Source of the DNA: a virus
Taxonomy: Duplodnaviria; Caudoviricetes
DNA: 46,142 bases
Virus record (IMG/VR): IMGVR_UViG_3300032320_001458
Coordinates: 1-46,142 of that record
Reading direction: 5' to 3' (one strand)
The notes under the pieces are model-generated. The model had not been told where the DNA came from. It saw only the letters and a program-made list of their open reading frames with translations, and did no database searches. How positions within the stretch are numbered: the first letter of the stretch is position 1; every line of letters begins with the position of its first letter. The position numbers and the translations under genes were made by a program. Positions 45,560-46,142 of the stretch are shown piece after piece.

Positions 45560-46142
45560 TTATCCTTCGCAAGCTATACAGTCGTTTCCTTGAACTAAAG
45601 CAGACATATCAAGTTCTTTGATTACTTGACGTTCAATTCTCTTAGAAACTTTATCTGCTTTTGCAAGTTTCTCAGAACGACAGTAGTAAAGAGTCTTAAC
45701 ACCCTTTTTCCATGCCATAAAATGAATTGCATGAATGTATTTAATATTAGAATCTGGTCTAAAGAATACATTTAATGATTGTGCTTGATCAATGTATTGT
45801 TGACGATCGGCAGCATGTTCAATAACCCATCGTTGATCGATCTCCATTGAAGTTTTAAATATTGACCTAACATTCTCATCTAACCACTCTAGATGTTGAC
45901 AAGAACCGTCATTGGCAATGATTGAAGACCAAATTTCTCCGTAGTGTAAACCAGATTTTTCATTACATTCTTTTTTAATGATTTCATCAAGATATTTGTT
46001 TTTGTTTAGAAACGACCCTGAAAGAGTATCTTGCCGATAAGCATTAGCCCGATAAGGCTCAATACTAGGGCTAGTGTTCCCCATAATGATGGAAGAACTA
46101 GCATTAGGAGCAATGGCCATAAGATGACTAAATCGTAAGCCA
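45560..46142 (-). CDS. nrdA: Ribonucleotide reductase class Ia alpha subunit, C-terminal part
   Basis: AIAPNASSS, IDQAQSLN, KTLYY, terminal CIACEG; start lies outside the window. Confidence 0.96.
   Translation of the reverse strand, partial: GLRFSHLMAIAPNASSSIIMGNTSPSIEPYRANAYRQDTLSGSFLNKNKYLDEIIKKECNEKSGLHYGEIWSSIIANDGSCQHLEWLDENVRSIFKTSMEIDQRWVIEHAADRQQYIDQAQSLNVFFRPDSNIKYIHAIHFMAWKKGVKTLYYCRSEKLAKADKVSKRIERQVIKELDMSALVQGNDCIACEG

Noticed and set aside
1-46142. Stop-codon reassignment
   Set aside because: Core genes are full length in the standard code and end in TAA, TAG or TGA; no suppressor tRNA seen.

Overview
Segment of a large, AT-rich T4-like myophage genome; the gene set and tmRNA tag suggest a proteobacterial host (inference). 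All product calls come from reading motifs and synteny by eye; no database search was run. Left end (+): a partial baseplate/hub protein with KPEV repeats and a VgrG3-like peptidoglycan hydrolase domain, then a gp29-like protein. Minus-strand core: gp32, gp59, gp33, SleB-like hydrolase, three paralogous six-repeat beta-propeller proteins, a circularly permuted two-piece tmRNA (tag ANDSEYALAA) behind a TATAAATA late promoter, PhoH, exonuclease, a DNA glycosylase with a probable AUU start, a class III cyclase module on a bidirectional late promoter, and a CobS-like ATPase. A ~13.7 kb plus-strand island (22265-35922) holds small ORFs and two tRNAs, punctuated by repeated promoter cassettes (TGTTG-N8-CAACA box, often tandem at 22-bp period, then TTGAC-16 bp-TANNAT and a conserved leader). 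A repeat-rich non-coding junction follows. The right end (-) has a CobT-like VWA protein, a GIY-YIG nuclease, nrdB, a PlcP/Agt-like pair, a class II aldolase and the 3' end of nrdA. Strongest candidates for something undescribed: the operator-box regulon with antisense promoters, the cyclase/membrane-protein module, the late two-piece tmRNA and the phage-borne PlcP-Agt pair.
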